Made by a program: the position numbers and the translations under genes. A stretch of DNA of 64,000 nt from an uncultured Candidatus Saccharibacteria bacterium (lineage in GTDB: Bacteria > Patescibacteriota > Minisyncoccia > Phycocordibacterales > UBA9973), in NCBI GenBank assembly GCA_964625065.1, contig CAZUZL010000003.1, forward strand, positions 1,730-65,729. Reading direction: 5' to 3'. Of the stretch, positions 61,672 through 64,000 are shown piece by piece. Below the pieces are notes generated by a model. That model made no database searches, had not been told where the DNA came from, and worked only from the letters and a program-made list of their open reading frames with translations. Each line of letters begins with the position of its first letter. The stretch's first letter is position 1.

Positions 61672-61714
61672 CCTGTGGATAACCCAGACGTCCAACGTCT
61701 GGGTTATCCACAGG
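61672..61714. repeat. Perfect 20-bp palindrome carrying two DnaA boxes (family B)
   Basis: CCTGTGGATAACCCAGACGT-CCA-ACGTCTGGGTTATCCACAGG. Confidence 0.92.
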
Positions 61715-61754
61715 GTTGCGGGGGATGGGGTTTTGTGTTAATGTGTGTTGGTAA

Positions 61755-61810
61755 CGCTAAAGACAGTAGGCCGGGGAGAGAGATCTGCCCACAAGCCCTA
61801 CCGAGGTACA
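61755..61810 (+). promoter_or_regulatory. L10 leader (rplJL autoregulatory RNA)
   Basis: AAGACAGTAGG..CCTACCGAGG upstream of rplJ. Confidence 0.75.
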
Positions 61811-62003
61811 AATACTAGATTATTGCGCATATATGCCCCATAGGGGCCATGTATAGGCAAAAGATATAGAATAGTCCTATTTTGCATTACACCTTTAGAA
61901 ATAAGGGTTTTAGGTCGTTATTTATTAAAAATACTCCTGAAATTAAAGTTGGCCGTCCTTTAATGGACACCGGCCGGCATGATTTCTGGGGAAATCAAAA
62001 ACC

Positions 62004-62489
62004 ATGGCTTTAACTAAAAACAAAAAAGTAGAAGTTGTTGATCAATTAGCGAACCTAATCAAGGATGTAAAAACCCTTGTATTCGTTAAATTCGACAAAC
62101 TTACTGTGAAAGATGCGAATGCACTTCGTAGTGATCTACGTAACGAGCAAGTAGGGTACAAAGTAGCCAAAAAGACACTTCTAAAGCGTGTTTTGACTGC
62201 TAACAACTATAAAGGCGAAATGCCTGAACTAGGTAACCAAGTTGCTGTTGCATATGGTACAGACGAAATAGCACCAGCTCGTGGAGTATATGAATTCCAA
62301 AAGACACACAAAGACTACGTAAGTATCGTCGGTGGAGTGTTCGATGGAGAATACAAAACTCAAGCAGAAATGATGGAAATCGCTATGATTCCAGGCATGC
62401 AAGGCCTACGTGGCATGTTTGCAAACGTTATCAATTCGCCAATACAGCGTTTTGTTATAGCGCTTGACCAAATTGCAGCTAAAAAATAG
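62004..62489 (+). CDS. rplJ: 50S ribosomal protein L10
   Basis: LTVKDANALR..LR, VAKKTLLK; upstream of rplL. Confidence 0.95.
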   Translation: MALTKNKKVEVVDQLANLIKDVKTLVFVKFDKLTVKDANALRSDLRNEQVGYKVAKKTLLKRVLTANNYKGEMPELGNQVAVAYGTDEIAPARGVYEFQKTHKDYVSIVGGVFDGEYKTQAEMMEIAMIPGMQGLRGMFANVINSPIQRFVIALDQIAAKK

Positions 62490-62517
62490 CATTATAATCT
62501 AATTAAAATCAAATTTT

Positions 62518-62904
62518 ATGGAAGAAACAAATTTTGAAGTACCTGCAAAGTTCGCAAGTATCGTTGCAGAAATCGAAAAAATGTCAGTTCTAGAACTTAA
62601 CGAACTAGTAAAGACATTTGAAAAGAAATTCGGAGTATCAGCAGCTGCAGTAGCAGGCCCAGCAGCAGCTGCAGGCCCAGCAGCAGAAGAAAAAGATGCA
62701 TTTACTGTTGTATTAACATCAGCAGGTGAAGCTAAGATTGCTGTTATGAAAGTAGTTAAGGAAGCTCTTGGACTAGGTCTTAAAGAAGCTAAGGACATCG
62801 TAGACGGTGCACCAGCAACTTTGAAAGAAGGCATGAAAAAGGCTGACGCAGACACACTTAAGAAGCAAATCGAAGAAGCAGGTGGTGCAGTAGAATTGAA
62901 ATAA
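62518..62904 (+). CDS. rplL: 50S ribosomal protein L7/L12
   Basis: [33 protein letters not shown]. Confidence 0.97.
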   Translation: MEETNFEVPAKFASIVAEIEKMSVLELNELVKTFEKKFGVSAAAVAGPAAAAGPAAEEKDAFTVVLTSAGEAKIAVMKVVKEALGLGLKEAKDIVDGAPATLKEGMKKADADTLKKQIEEAGGAVELK

Positions 62905-63077
62905 TTCCACTTACCCCAGATAGGACCTAAAGTCCTATCTAAAAGCCCGGTCGCCTTTGGCGACCGGGCTTTTGCTTTTTCTGGTTTTGGACCATTTTTA
63001 TTTGACAATTTGCCGACATAGTTGCTGGGGGTAATCAGTAAGTTGCCCCATATATGCCAAGGGCGTATAATATTGGC

Positions 63078-63671
63078 ATGGAAACACTAGGAAAACTATT
63101 CGGAAGCACACTGCGAGTCAAGTCTATGCGGTATTTTCTGTTAAACGGGGACGGAGCACATTTGGTAGTAGAAGTTGCAACAAGATTGAAACTAAAAACA
63201 CCTATTATAAGCAAAGAGTTGCGCGCGTTGGCAGATTTTGGATTTCTTAAGAAAAAATCTGTGCGTGGCAAAACTGCATATGTACTGAACACTTCGTTCC
63301 AACATTTAGTAGCTATAGAAGCTATAATTCTACACCCAGATTTTCTACGTAAAGACCAATTGGTAAAGTCTTTGAAAAAAGCCGGCAAGATAAAGATGAT
63401 AGTTGCCGCAGGTGTGTTTATGAAAAATTCTGAAAGTAGACTAGATTTGTTTATGGTAGGCGACAAAATGAAACGCCCCGCAGTAGAACGTATAGTACGT
63501 GATTTCCAGACTGAAATAGGCAAGGAAATATCGTACGCGTTGTTTGACACAGACGAATTTGTATACCGTATGAACATGCGCGACAAGTTGGTGTCTGATG
63601 TTTTGGACTTTCCACACGAACAGATACTGGTAACACCAGAGTTTTCCACATATTTGATTGGTGGGCGTTAA
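63078..63671 (+). CDS. HTH plus nucleotidyltransferase-like protein
   Basis: LFGSTLRVK N-terminal HTH; AGVF..SRLDLFMVGD; GKEISY. Confidence 0.65.
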   Translation: METLGKLFGSTLRVKSMRYFLLNGDGAHLVVEVATRLKLKTPIISKELRALADFGFLKKKSVRGKTAYVLNTSFQHLVAIEAIILHPDFLRKDQLVKSLKKAGKIKMIVAAGVFMKNSESRLDLFMVGDKMKRPAVERIVRDFQTEIGKEISYALFDTDEFVYRMNMRDKLVSDVLDFPHEQILVTPEFSTYLIGGR

Positions 63672-63757
63672 AACATTGTCTGTAAAGGAGTATAATGTAT
63701 GTATAAAGGTATGCCCTTTATAAATAACGTTATTATTTAATTAATTAATATTTTTCT

Positions 63758-64000
63758 ATGTACATCACATCATGGGGCGATGCTTTCATCGCTTCTTTCC
63801 AAAGTTTTAAATGGGCTCTTGCTAGTTTTATACCACAACTAGTTTTTGCACTTATTCTTTTTATAATTGGATGGATACTAGCGCATTACGTTGGTAAAGC
63901 AATCAAGTCTCTTGTAGATAGTTTGAAAATCGACGGTATGTTCCGTTCTACAGGTTTAGAAAAGAACTTAGAACGTGCAGGTATGCATTTGTCAGTTGGT
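63758..64000 (+). CDS. MscS/CmpX-like TM-helix repeat membrane protein (runs off window)
   Basis: FIPQLVFALILFIIGWILA..VGK..LKID..GL..LERAG. Confidence 0.7.
   Translation, partial: MYITSWGDAFIASFQSFKWALASFIPQLVFALILFIIGWILAHYVGKAIKSLVDSLKIDGMFRSTGLEKNLERAGMHLSVG

Noticed and set aside
54931-61714. Family B repeats as a CRISPR array
   Set aside because: Irregular spacing, mixed orientation, genes between copies, no cas genes
1-64000. Alternative genetic code (UGA=Gly)
   Set aside because: Core genes are full length under code 11 and TGA ends the DGR target at the end of VR/TR homology

Overview
AT-rich bacterial chromosome segment (standard code 11) with the gene content of a Patescibacteria/CPR Parcubacteria genome: rplS, secE-nusG-rplK without rplA, argS, ileS, glyQS, metG, rpsF-ssb-rpsR, efp, recA, ftsK, rplJ-rplL, plus many membrane and surface proteins. 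The main accessory elements are: (1) a complete diversity-generating retroelement (target 17152-17781, VR 17671-17778, TR 18114-18221, inverted avd, RT 18648-19649) whose likely avd start codon is out of frame across a G10 tract, a candidate phase-variable switch; (2) a ~7 kb region (54930-61714) around a REP-associated tyrosine transposase whose hairpin repeats are joined to DnaA-box 9-mers and delimit gene modules; (3) two orphan putative RNase-toxin genes, each faced by a convergent promoter and a small structured RNA; (4) Bacteroidota-like genes (dcd-thyA-DUF1599-folA block, a T9SS-type C-terminal-domain protein); (5) an ileS with a short-stem-I T-box, a GIHH signature and an inserted histidine-phosphatase domain; (6) a tRNA-His followed by an inverted copy of its own 3' end. 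All family assignments come from motif recognition by eye; no database searches were run.
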